Source of the DNA: a virus
Taxonomy: Duplodnaviria; Heunggongvirae; Uroviricota; Caudoviricetes
IMG/VR virus record: IMGVR_UViG_3300025896_000021
Length of the DNA stretch: 64,000 bases
Strand: one strand, 5' to 3'
Positions 10,446 to 19,705 of the stretch are shown in pieces. Position numbers and translations under genes: made by a program. Each line of letters opens with the position of its first letter. Position 1 is the first letter of the stretch. The notes under the pieces were generated by a model. It was not told where the DNA came from, made no database searches, and saw nothing but the letters and a program-made list of their open reading frames with translations.

Positions 10446-13400
10446 TTAGTAAGAGTACTTGAGTTTAATGCTCAAATCAGAGCCATTAACGCCTGTAATA
10501 TCTAATGTCAGGTAATCTGCGGTAGTCAATGTAACATTCACTGAAACCGGAGTCATAACAACCCCTGACATTGTAAATGTAGTTCCTATACTAACGCCGT
10601 TCTTTTTAATAATAAAAGTAAAATTACCAGCTGGGGCAGTACCCAAATTTGCATATACCGTAGTTATGACAATAGTACTGACCGGGTAATATCTAGCTGT
10701 TCCGGTTACCGGAGCAGTTATAGATCCGGGCATGTTCAAGTTCACATAAACCGGTGGGGCTGTCACTGTTGCAGATTTTGTATTTCTCCACTGCGTGCCA
10801 TTCCATAGATAGATAGTATCAGAATCGGACGAGTAACTAATGTCACCAACTTTGTTACCAACTAATGGGAGATAGCTTGCATCTTCTACGATAGTAACAC
10901 TTGGTACAACAACTACGCCATCGCCTGCGACTAATGTTGCAGTACCAGCTACTTCACGAATCTTATTCTTAAAGCTAGGTGTATTTTCTACATAGGTAGC
11001 CAAGTCTTGCGGTACGAATTTTCCAACAGAGGCGTCGTATACCACGCACATTTGATTTACTAAACTTGGAATAGGACGAATCTCAATCGGAGTCTTGTGC
11101 CCTTCGCCACCATGTTGTATGTATAAAACATAGTTACCGTCAATATTAGTCTCTACTGCTAATGGCTTAATAGTAATCGCGCCTCGTCTAGCAAAAGTAG
11201 TTGCTGACTGATAATAAAGCGTAGTTGGTGCTCCAACTGGTACAGTAAAGACTAGTGTTGTTTTACCCACTGAGCCGTTATTCCTGCTACCAGTAACACC
11301 AGTAGTGTACTCACCGAAGTAAGCATTTGCTACCCAATTTGTTCCATTGTCTGTAGTCAAGTATAACGGGTCGTTAACTAGATCACTAGCTAAGTTGAAT
11401 GTGTAAGTACCTGTCTCTCGCACAGGGCCTAGATTTTTGTTAGGATATCCAGCCGAGGGGCTAGCAATAGTATATACATCCGGTGTGCTCGCACTAATCG
11501 AATAAGATACAATAGGTGCAACAAGTGTAGGTGGAGTTACTACTTCCGGTACTGAAATATTATATCGTTGCACTGAAGTCGATGCACCACCGTTGATATC
11601 GGGATGTGTCATCGAGACATTACCGGCAGCTACTGCCCAACTTACATTGTTTTGTGACCCTGCGCCGTCGATCCATTTTAGTGCTACACCATGTCGCTGT
11701 GTCATATTACCAGTTTGCTCATTAGCAAAGTTGTTAAGCTGATATAAGCCTTTTTTATACATTGGTACGCTTACTTGCGGGCTGTTCGTGATAGTTGTAC
11801 GAGCATACGGTAATGTACTAGTTGCCCAAGTCCACAACCAAGGAATGTCTGAACCGGGTTCAGGTGCAGCAATTTGAATTTCTAATACTTCAGGTGCAAT
11901 GACTAGATTGAATGGGAATACATTTGCAGATGAGAATGGGGTATTACCTAAATAGATTGTACTGTTACTTAGATATAGGTCTTTCCAACGTTGTGTAGGA
12001 CTTCCAATATCATACGTGATATTCGCAGAAGGTAAAAGATTACCTGTAATATTGCCTGAAATACTGAGACTAGTTAATGTACCTACACTAGTGATATTTG
12101 GTTGAGCATTGGTGTATACAGTAGATGCAGCAGCAATTTGTCCGGGCACAATAGTAGTTACTTCTATCAATGCACCATTCACGGGTGCATCAGTAAAAGT
12201 CAGTGTCGTACCACTCACTCCGTATGCTTGTCTTAGTTGTGATACACCATCGATGTTAACTGATACATATTTAATATTACCTGGAGCCACACTCATCGTG
12301 TATGCAGTTTGAACACCATTAGCCGTGAAGTTATCTACTGATACATCACCTGCAGTTACTGTAGCAGATGCTGGTGCTGCCCATGTCAAGTTTCCAGTAC
12401 CGTCAGTTTGCAACGTATAATTAGCATTACCACCCGATATATGTACATTACCAATATTACCCAATGTTACTGACCCAGTGACGGTAAGGCTGGTCAATGT
12501 ACCGATGCTAGTAATATTAGGTTGACTATTAGTTACTACACTTCCGACAAAGTTTGCATAATTAGAATTAGTAGCAGTAGTAGCAATAAGTCCAGTTAAT
12601 TGACTACCGTTACCAATGTAAAAGTTAGCTGATACATTACCAGTAACGTCTAAACTAGTTAATGTACCTACACTAGTGATATTTGGTTGAGCATTTGTAT
12701 ATACTGTACCCGTTACTAGAGCATTCGCTACTTGACCCATTACATTAGCACCTGCTACTGCATTAGCTGTAGCTGCATAAGTAACTGCTCCGATTACATT
12801 AGCACCTGCTACTGCATTAGCTGTAGCTGCATAGCTAACTTGACCAGTAACGTTTCCACCTTGAATATTACTTAATAAATTACCACTACCAGTAAAGTAG
12901 TTTGCACTAACATTATTACCAAGACTTGCATTACCACTAGCAATGTTGCCAGTAACGTCTAAACTAGTTAATGTACCTACACTAGTGATATTTGGTTGAG
13001 CATTCGTGTATACTGTGGCCGCAACAAGGGCATTACCGACTTGACCTATTACATTGCCACCGGTTATATTAGTTATACCAGAACCATTAGTAACTAAGTT
13101 AGTAACAGTAAGAGTGTTGGTTGTTTTGTCAAAAGTTAGATTGCCGCTAGCAGCAAAGCTACCCGCATCATTAAATTGAACTTGAGTATTAGTGCCGGCT
13201 ACAGAAGTTGTAGTTCCCATTGACCATGCTGTACCATTTGCGTACAGTAAGTGGTCCGTTTTGATGTTACCAGCAGTAACATTGCTAGTGACAGATAGAT
13301 TTCCTAATGTACCTACACTAGTAATGTTAGGTTGACTAGTAGTTATTAATGTGCCTGTTACGTAATTTGCAGTTGCGAGATTACCTAAGTTAGCATTAGC

Positions 13401-13490
13401 TGATGTTAAATTCCCCGTAACGGTGACATTACCAAACACAAAGTCTTGTGTACTATCTACTACGGAGGGTTTTATTTTTTGTAATGCCAT
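10446..13490 (-). CDS. Modular fibre protein with repeat shaft, connector domain and degenerate cupredoxin-like domain
   Basis: N-term MALQKIKP; several AQPNITSVGTL repeats; 'VDNFTANG...LTFTDAP' domain; 'GNLLPSANITYDIGS...WKDLYL' motif; 'LVFTVP..APTTLYY' segment. Confidence 0.75.
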   Translation of the reverse strand: MALQKIKPSVVDSTQDFVFGNVTVTGNLTSANANLGNLATANYVTGTLITTSQPNITSVGTLGNLSVTSNVTAGNIKTDHLLYANGTAWSMGTTTSVAGTNTQVQFNDAGSFAASGNLTFDKTTNTLTVTNLVTNGSGITNITGGNVIGQVGNALVAATVYTNAQPNITSVGTLTSLDVTGNIASGNASLGNNVSANYFTGSGNLLSNIQGGNVTGQVSYAATANAVAGANVIGAVTYAATANAVAGANVMGQVANALVTGTVYTNAQPNITSVGTLTSLDVTGNVSANFYIGNGSQLTGLIATTATNSNYANFVGSVVTNSQPNITSIGTLTSLTVTGSVTLGNIGNVHISGGNANYTLQTDGTGNLTWAAPASATVTAGDVSVDNFTANGVQTAYTMSVAPGNIKYVSVNIDGVSQLRQAYGVSGTTLTFTDAPVNGALIEVTTIVPGQIAAASTVYTNAQPNITSVGTLTSLSISGNITGNLLPSANITYDIGSPTQRWKDLYLSNSTIYLGNTPFSSANVFPFNLVIAPEVLEIQIAAPEPGSDIPWLWTWATSTLPYARTTITNSPQVSVPMYKKGLYQLNNFANEQTGNMTQRHGVALKWIDGAGSQNNVSWAVAAGNVSMTHPDINGGASTSVQRYNISVPEVVTPPTLVAPIVSYSISASTPDVYTIASPSAGYPNKNLGPVRETGTYTFNLASDLVNDPLYLTTDNGTNWVANAYFGEYTTGVTGSRNNGSVGKTTLVFTVPVGAPTTLYYQSATTFARRGAITIKPLAVETNIDGNYVLYIQHGGEGHKTPIEIRPIPSLVNQMCVVYDASVGKFVPQDLATYVENTPSFKNKIREVAGTATLVAGDGVVVVPSVTIVEDASYLPLVGNKVGDISYSSDSDTIYLWNGTQWRNTKSATVTAPPVYVNLNMPGSITAPVTGTARYYPVSTIVITTVYANLGTAPAGNFTFIIKKNGVSIGTTFTMSGVVMTPVSVNVTLTTADYLTLDITGVNGSDLSIKLKYSY

Positions 13491-13495
13491 ACTTG

Positions 13496-13502
13496 TATTT
13501 AG
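13496..13502 (-). promoter_or_regulatory. gp55-type late promoter
   Basis: CTAAATA 5 nt before the ATG at 13490. Confidence 0.6.
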
Positions 13503-13509
13503 CTAACCC

Positions 13510-14880
13510 TTAAAACGTGATTGAACCGCTAGCTGTAAATTTGTATGTTCTATAACCACCGGCTACAGTAACAGTTGGACTACCTGTTGTTGAAGTAGCT
13601 GTTGGGCTTATATCTGAGTAACGTAAAATAACAACACCAGACCCACCGTGGCCTGACCCGTTATCACTACCGTTACCACCGTTACCAGTATTTGCAGGTT
13701 GAGCAACGCCGCCGCCGCCATTACCACCAACTGCATAGTAGTTTCCTGAAGCAGTAGGCCATTCATAACCCGCGCCTCCAGTAGCACTCGTGGATGCTGC
13801 ACCTTTACCTCCGCCGCCACCTGCGTAATATGCGCCTGTACTAGCAGCACCAGCATTACCTTGACCTGCTGTCCCTGCGCCACCTGCTTGACCACCATAC
13901 CAGCCGCCTCCGCCACCAGAGCCGCCGGCTGCGCCGCTTGTTGCCTGGTTTGCGCCGCCACCGCCACCACTAGACGTAGTTGGCCCAAATGTACTAGAGC
14001 CTCCGCTAGCGGCCTTGCTCCCGTTGTCGCCGAACGCGACCCCGCCTGCACCAATCGTTACTGTATACGGTGTTCCTGGTGCAGCTTGAAATCCTGTTAC
14101 AACAATCATACCACCTGCGCCGCCGCCACCACCAACGTTGGTTCCACCTGCACCGCCACCTGCGACTACTATATAATCAACTGAAGTTACCGCAGTTACC
14201 GTAATACTGAAATTTCTATCAGTATCTTGTTTTTCTGCATCAGTTGCACGTATCGTAAAGTTATATACAGTAGAATTACCAACTGTACCTGCTGTCCCTG
14301 AGATAACGCCACTGCTGGCATTTAAACTAAAACCAGTAGGTAATGTACCTGAGTATACACTGTAAGTAACTGTAGTATCGCTTGTAGCGGCAACAGTAAA
14401 ACTACCACTAGCACTACCAGCAACACTTCCCAGCGTGCCAGCAGCAGTAGACCATGCAGGTACACCTGAGTACTGTAATCCTGATACATACAACGCACTT
14501 GCACCGTCTGCATTAACTACCGCTAATGAATAGTTGCCTGCAGTTTTTGCTGGTGCAACAAATGTGACTTGAGTTGAATTTACTACGGTTGTAACTCCCA
14601 CGATAGTTCCACCTACGTATACTGATGCGCCTGCACCAAATCCAGATCCGTTAACGGTAATAGTTTTACCGCCTGCTGAATCAGTTGCAGTATCATCTCC
14701 GCCATATGATATGGCCGACACTCTAGGTGCCACTGCATTAGTAGAATTTAAAGTGGTACCATTTAAACTAATGTTACCGCTCATGTAGAGATTACCATAT
14801 TTGTTAGATGGACTACCAAGATCGGTGTTAGAGACTGGAACTATGATACTAGAATTTTTTAGTGAGTGATAATTTGCCAT
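13510..14880 (-). CDS. IPT/TIG + putative Ig + glycine-rich domain protein
   Basis: 'GG.TITVNGSGF..GASVYVG...VNST...AP' (IPT/TIG); 'GTLPTGFSLN..SGVISGT' (Ig-like); C-terminal Gly-rich domain ending 'YKFTASGSITF'. Confidence 0.75.
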   Translation of the reverse strand: MANYHSLKNSSIIVPVSNTDLGSPSNKYGNLYMSGNISLNGTTLNSTNAVAPRVSAISYGGDDTATDSAGGKTITVNGSGFGAGASVYVGGTIVGVTTVVNSTQVTFVAPAKTAGNYSLAVVNADGASALYVSGLQYSGVPAWSTAAGTLGSVAGSASGSFTVAATSDTTVTYSVYSGTLPTGFSLNASSGVISGTAGTVGNSTVYNFTIRATDAEKQDTDRNFSITVTAVTSVDYIVVAGGGAGGTNVGGGGGAGGMIVVTGFQAAPGTPYTVTIGAGGVAFGDNGSKAASGGSSTFGPTTSSGGGGGANQATSGAAGGSGGGGGWYGGQAGGAGTAGQGNAGAASTGAYYAGGGGGKGAASTSATGGAGYEWPTASGNYYAVGGNGGGGVAQPANTGNGGNGSDNGSGHGGSGVVILRYSDISPTATSTTGSPTVTVAGGYRTYKFTASGSITF

Positions 14881-14902
14881 TTTTATTCTTCTTTTAATTA
14901 AG

Positions 14903-14933
14903 TAGTATCGGGCACCCCGGCACCTCGATACTA
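14903..14933 (-). terminator. Intergenic stem-loop (terminator or processing element)
   Basis: TAGTATCG...CGATACTA stem, extended by G-U pairs on the minus strand, between 14880 and 14948. No clear U-tract. Confidence 0.45.
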
Positions 14934-14947
14934 TGCCATACGTAGTA

Positions 14948-17470
14948 TTAAACGTTAGTTAACAACCAGCCCTGAGTGCTATTGTAATATGCTAATGTAA
15001 ATGCTGCTCTATCAGTAGTAACTACCATATCGCTTGCATCACCTTGAATCTTGCCACCGTTACGTGCAATAGTGATAGCATGAGTGCTTGAATTACCAGT
15101 ACCATCGATGATAGAAATTTCGTCACCTAATGTAGCGGTAGCAGGCAAAGTCAATGTAATGTTTGCAGTTGTTGTGTCTACGATATACTTATATGCAACA
15201 GCCATTGATACGTTAGCAGTTACTTCAGAGTAAGTATAGCTTACACCACCACCGCCGCCGCCGCTACCACCAGTGCCGCCAGTAACAGTTGTAATTTCAA
15301 CTGTTGCTCCTGTTGGAGGGGCTTCACTGAATGTAATAACCGCTGCCAATACACTGTATGTGCTTCTTGGTTGCAATACACCACCGATAGCTACGATTGT
15401 ATAATCAACACTTGCAGGAGTAGCAGCTAGTGTCTTCATTGTCCAGCTACCGTCACCAGTGAATGTATCTACAATCATAGTAGTAGTTGACAATGCTGTC
15501 CAACTTAAGTTACCTGTTCCGTCAGTCTTCAGCACATAGTCTGCACTACCACCTGAGATTGCGATATTAGCTACTGCACCTAAGTTAGTAGTACCGGATA
15601 CTGCTAAACTAGTTAATGTACCAACGCTTGTGATTCCAGTTTGTGCTGCTGTAGTCAAATTACCTGCAACAGATGTTGCAGTCACTACGTTAGTAGTGAT
15701 ACCGGTCGCTGTTACAATAACTACGTTACCAGTCCCACCAACTGCCATAGTAATATTACCATTAGCTGTCGTAATGTCTACATTACTTGTTCCGTTTGCT
15801 GTCTTTGTTGCAGTACCGCCTGAAGCAACAACACCTGTCAATAGACTACCGTTACCAATGAAGTAATTAGATGTTACTGCGTTACCTAGATTTGCATCAC
15901 CTGCTTTAATTTTACCTAATGTACCGACAGTTACTGTATTGTCAGTTACTGAAACATTGCTAGCAAAGGTGAACTCTTTATCAGTGTTCATCCAACCCAT
16001 GAACGCATCTTTCACACCACCATCATAGTAATGTAATAACTGACCACGTTCTTTACCATCATTAGTTGATAACACAGCACCGTTCGCGCCACCACCCAGT
16101 TCAAAGATAGGGTCTACGATTTGCGTTACAGTTGAGTTAACTGTAGTTGTTGTTCCGGTAACAGTCAAGTTACCTGCGATAGTAGTATCACCTGAAGTAA
16201 GTGATCCAGTAACAGCCAGTGAAGTTAATGTACCGACAGACGTGATATTTGGTTGTGCAGCAGTATATACAGTACCCGCAACTAATGCGTTACCAACTTG
16301 TCCAGAAACGTTAGCTCCTGCTACTGCATTAGCTGTAGCTGCAAATGCAACTTCACCTGTTACGTTAGCACCAGCAACTGCATTAGCTGTAGCTGCAAAT
16401 GCAACTTCACCTGTTACGTTAGCACCAGTGATACTGCTCAATGCACTACCGTTACCAATAACGTAACTACCTGTTACGTTACCTGACGCAGTGATATATC
16501 CTGTAGCATTCACTCCAGTTGCAGTTACGGTCACTACATCTGCTGTACCGCCGATGCCAATTGTGACATTTCCATTAGCAGTTGCGATATTTACATTACT
16601 TGTTCCGTTTGCTGTCTTTGTTGCAGTACCACCTGAAGCAACAACACCTGTCAATAGGCTACCGTTACCAGTGAAATAACTTGCTGATACGTTGCCAGTA
16701 ACATCTAAACTAGTTAGTGTACCAACACTAGTAATAGCGGGTTGTGCAGCAGTATATACTGTACCTGCAACTAATGCATTACCTACTTGACCGCTTACAT
16801 TAGCACCTGCTACTGCATTAGCTGTAGCTGCAAATGCAACTTCACCTGAAACGTTTGCACCAGCAACTGCATTAGCTGTGCCTGCATATGTTGCATTAGC
16901 TACAGTGCCAGTTACATTAGCGCCGGCGATAGCAGATAAACCTGAACCATTACCTGCAAAGTTAGTAGCAGTCAATGTATTTGTGGTCGTGTCAAATGTT
17001 AAATTAGCACTACCTGATAGATTGGTTCCATCATTGAATTGAATCTGAGTATTACTTCCACCTACATTAGCATTACCTGTACCAGATGCTGCTGCTCCCC
17101 ATGTCAAGTTACCAGAACCGTCTGTTTTTAATACATATCCAGTAGTACCGCCAGTAATCTTAACGTTAGCGACTGCACCTAAATCAGTTGCACCTGATAC
17201 TGTCAAGCTAGTTAATGTACCAGTACTCGTAATATTAGGCTGAGCAGCAGTATATACTGTTCCAGCTACTAATGCATTACCAACCTGACCGGTTACATTA
17301 GCACCGGTTAGTGAAGTAAGTAAACTTCCATTACCGCTGAAGTAGTTAGATGTTGCTAAATTGCCTAATGTGGCATTTCCTGCAACTAGATTGCTAGTGA
17401 TATTCGCATTCGCAAACGTGAATAATTCAGCAGTATCAATACTGAACGGTTTAATTTTTAAAATTGACAT
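14948..17470 (-). CDS. Modular fibre protein
   Basis: N-term MSILKIKP; 18-aa ANAVAGANV.GEVAFAAT repeats; 'DPIFELGGG...RG.LLHY...FMGW' module; 'VDTFTGDG...ITFSEAPP' domain; C-terminal 'VDTT...LTLP...GDEI.IID...GWLL' domain. Confidence 0.75.
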   Translation of the reverse strand: MSILKIKPFSIDTAELFTFANANITSNLVAGNATLGNLATSNYFSGNGSLLTSLTGANVTGQVGNALVAGTVYTAAQPNITSTGTLTSLTVSGATDLGAVANVKITGGTTGYVLKTDGSGNLTWGAAASGTGNANVGGSNTQIQFNDGTNLSGSANLTFDTTTNTLTATNFAGNGSGLSAIAGANVTGTVANATYAGTANAVAGANVSGEVAFAATANAVAGANVSGQVGNALVAGTVYTAAQPAITSVGTLTSLDVTGNVSASYFTGNGSLLTGVVASGGTATKTANGTSNVNIATANGNVTIGIGGTADVVTVTATGVNATGYITASGNVTGSYVIGNGSALSSITGANVTGEVAFAATANAVAGANVTGEVAFAATANAVAGANVSGQVGNALVAGTVYTAAQPNITSVGTLTSLAVTGSLTSGDTTIAGNLTVTGTTTTVNSTVTQIVDPIFELGGGANGAVLSTNDGKERGQLLHYYDGGVKDAFMGWMNTDKEFTFASNVSVTDNTVTVGTLGKIKAGDANLGNAVTSNYFIGNGSLLTGVVASGGTATKTANGTSNVDITTANGNITMAVGGTGNVVIVTATGITTNVVTATSVAGNLTTAAQTGITSVGTLTSLAVSGTTNLGAVANIAISGGSADYVLKTDGTGNLSWTALSTTTMIVDTFTGDGSWTMKTLAATPASVDYTIVAIGGVLQPRSTYSVLAAVITFSEAPPTGATVEITTVTGGTGGSGGGGGGVSYTYSEVTANVSMAVAYKYIVDTTTANITLTLPATATLGDEISIIDGTGNSSTHAITIARNGGKIQGDASDMVVTTDRAAFTLAYYNSTQGWLLTNV

Positions 17471-17494
17471 GAAAGTTCCCTTTTCTCTTTATTA

Positions 17495-17501
17495 TATTTA
17501 T
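17495..17501 (-). promoter_or_regulatory. gp55-type late promoter
   Basis: ATAAATA in the intergenic gap before 17470. Confidence 0.55.
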
Positions 17502-17505
17502 CTGT

Positions 17506-17856
17506 TTATGGTGTAGTTAGTTCTACCCAATTTAATGCATCTTCATCCCAAGTATACATTTTACCTTCTACTACGGGCATTGCTACTGGAGCACCCCATA
17601 CACATGTTGATTCGTTCAATAACCAACTATTGAATGGCTGAGGTGCATAAAATGCATCTCGTTCACTATCGTATGTATAACCAATTCCAGCGTAGTTCTT
17701 ACGCAATGGAGTTCCACCGTTGACGTGTTCGCCACCGTATGTATTATAGCTAGTTTGTACCCAGCCTGTTCCAAATAACCCAGTATCGATCACATCTTGT
17801 TCTGCTACGATGACTTGTGTTACTGTTCCGTTTTCTACTTTTGCAAAATGACTCAT
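17506..17856 (-). CDS. Small protein typically found next to Gly-rich fibre proteins (possible fibre chaperone)
   Basis: Start re-set to MSHFAKVENG (AAAGGA RBS). 'WVQTSYN...RKNYAGIGYTYD..RDAF..PQP..SW' is a motif set I recall from uncultured phages. Confidence 0.7.
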   Translation of the reverse strand: MSHFAKVENGTVTQVIVAEQDVIDTGLFGTGWVQTSYNTYGGEHVNGGTPLRKNYAGIGYTYDSERDAFYAPQPFNSWLLNESTCVWGAPVAMPVVEGKMYTWDEDALNWVELTTP

Positions 17857-17870
17857 ATTATTTCCTTTAT

Positions 17871-18731
17871 TTAAAATGTGATTGAACCTGAGCTGGTCCA
17901 TGCGTAAATCCTATATCCACCTGAAACTGTTATTGTCGGCGATCCCGTTGTAGCTGCTGCTGATGCATGGGTGTCTGCGTAACGAATGATAACGATACCG
18001 GAGCCACCGGAGCCGCCCGGTAGAACAGCAGTAGAATAACCGCCGCCCCCGCCACCGCCGCCAGTATTAGTAGTTCCCGGCGATGCTGTAAAATTTAAAC
18101 CACCGCCTTTGCCACCTCCACCAGTACCTCCAGAACTTTGCCCGGTGTAGCCACCGCTGCCGCCTCCACCTGCATAAGTTACCGAAGCCCCGGATATCAG
18201 TGAAGTCAGCCCGTTTCCGCCTAACCCAGTTCCTACAGCGCCGCCACCTTCAGCCCCGACTGCGCCAGCGCCACCACCGCCGCCTGCATAATAATTACCA
18301 CCCCCGGTAAATCTTCCGCCATTTTTGCCTTGACCAACAATACCGGTGCCGCCAAGAATAGCTACTTGATCGTTAGTACCAGCGCCGCCACCTGATCCAC
18401 CATTTTTACCAGCCGCTGATCGGGCGTCATTACTTGGACCGCCACCGCCGCCGGCTGTTGCAATTATACTACTAAACCCCGAATCATTTCCATTATTAGT
18501 ACCAGCGCCACCGGTTAATCCAGTGCCACCTGCACCTACAGTGACTGTCAACTCAATTCCAGGGGATATAGCAAATCCAGTAGCGGTTAAATAGCCGCCC
18601 GCGCCACCGCCGCCACCATATGCGCCACCTGATCCGCCGCCAGCAACCACTAGATATTCCACTGGTATACTAGATGACCCAACTGATAATGATATGCCAC
18701 CGCCAAAAGTTATTCCTGCTCCGATATTCAT
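17871..18731 (-). CDS. Single glycine-rich domain protein (adhesin candidate)
   Basis: 'VEYLVVAGGG...GSGIVIIRY...TSSGSITF'. Confidence 0.75.
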   Translation of the reverse strand: MNIGAGITFGGGISLSVGSSSIPVEYLVVAGGGSGGAYGGGGGAGGYLTATGFAISPGIELTVTVGAGGTGLTGGAGTNNGNDSGFSSIIATAGGGGGPSNDARSAAGKNGGSGGGAGTNDQVAILGGTGIVGQGKNGGRFTGGGNYYAGGGGGAGAVGAEGGGAVGTGLGGNGLTSLISGASVTYAGGGGSGGYTGQSSGGTGGGGKGGGLNFTASPGTTNTGGGGGGGGYSTAVLPGGSGGSGIVIIRYADTHASAAATTGSPTITVSGGYRIYAWTSSGSITF

Positions 18732-18732
18732 G

Positions 18733-19704
18733 TTAACTTAGCCCCAATGTAGTGATTTCAATGAATGCAGTATCAGGTGGTGCCGAACTAAACGTAAGCA
18801 CTGCTCCTTCAAGTATGTAAGCACTCTTTGGTTGCATAATACCCTGAATCACAGCGAATGTAAAGTTCTTACTTGTTGGGATAACAGACAATACAAATTG
18901 TGTTTGTATACCAGTTCCAGTAAACTCATCTACCGCAGAACTTAATGTAGGTGCTGCTGGAGTGTTGAAACTTAGCACACCACTACCGTTAGTAGTTATT
19001 ACTTGTCCATTACTTCCACCAGTAATTGTAATGTTACCAATAGCTCCTAAATTAGTAGATCCTGATACGCTTAAGTTAGCTAGTATTCCGACACTAGTAA
19101 TATTTGGTTGTGCGTTTGATGTTACTGTTGCTGCACTTGATGCAGCGACGCCGGTCAATGAACTACCATTACCAACGAAATAGCTAGCTCTTAAATTACC
19201 TAAAGTGTTTATGGTAACTGCGTTGTTATTGACGCTTGCGTTACTTGCAAATACGAATTCACTGTTAGCAGTTTGCCAACCCATGAACGCATCCACTGCA
19301 GCGGTAGTATAATAATGAAGTAATGTACCGCGATCTTTATTATCGTTAGTCGTTAGCGGGGTACCGTTAGCGGCTCCACCTTGTTCAATCAATGCATCTT
19401 TGACGTACAAGTTAGTTACGTTGACGTATTCGACATTGCCGCCAACAGTTAAATTACCAGAGATAGCAGTATCACCGGTTACTGTTAGTAAACTAGTTGC
19501 ACTATCAAACGTGAAGTTGCTATTAGCACCCAATGCTCCTGCATTGTTATACTGAATATAAGTATTGCTACCCGCAGCAGATGCTACAGCAGAACCACCG
19601 GTTAGTGCCGCGTCAACATATGATTTAGTTGCCGCGTCAGTACTATCAGTTGGGCCGGATAGATTCTTAAGCTGCGTCGGTGAGGGGAATATTAATGCTG
19701 CCAT
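18733..19704 (-). CDS. Fibre segment/connector protein
   Basis: 'PTDSTDAATKSYVD' neck motif; 'DALIEQGG...RG.LLHY...FMGW' module; C-terminal 'VDEFTGTG...LTFSSAPP' domain. Confidence 0.7.
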   Translation of the reverse strand: MAALIFPSPTQLKNLSGPTDSTDAATKSYVDAALTGGSAVASAAGSNTYIQYNNAGALGANSNFTFDSATSLLTVTGDTAISGNLTVGGNVEYVNVTNLYVKDALIEQGGAANGTPLTTNDNKDRGTLLHYYTTAAVDAFMGWQTANSEFVFASNASVNNNAVTINTLGNLRASYFVGNGSSLTGVAASSAATVTSNAQPNITSVGILANLSVSGSTNLGAIGNITITGGSNGQVITTNGSGVLSFNTPAAPTLSSAVDEFTGTGIQTQFVLSVIPTSKNFTFAVIQGIMQPKSAYILEGAVLTFSSAPPDTAFIEITTLGLS

Positions 19705-19705
19705 T

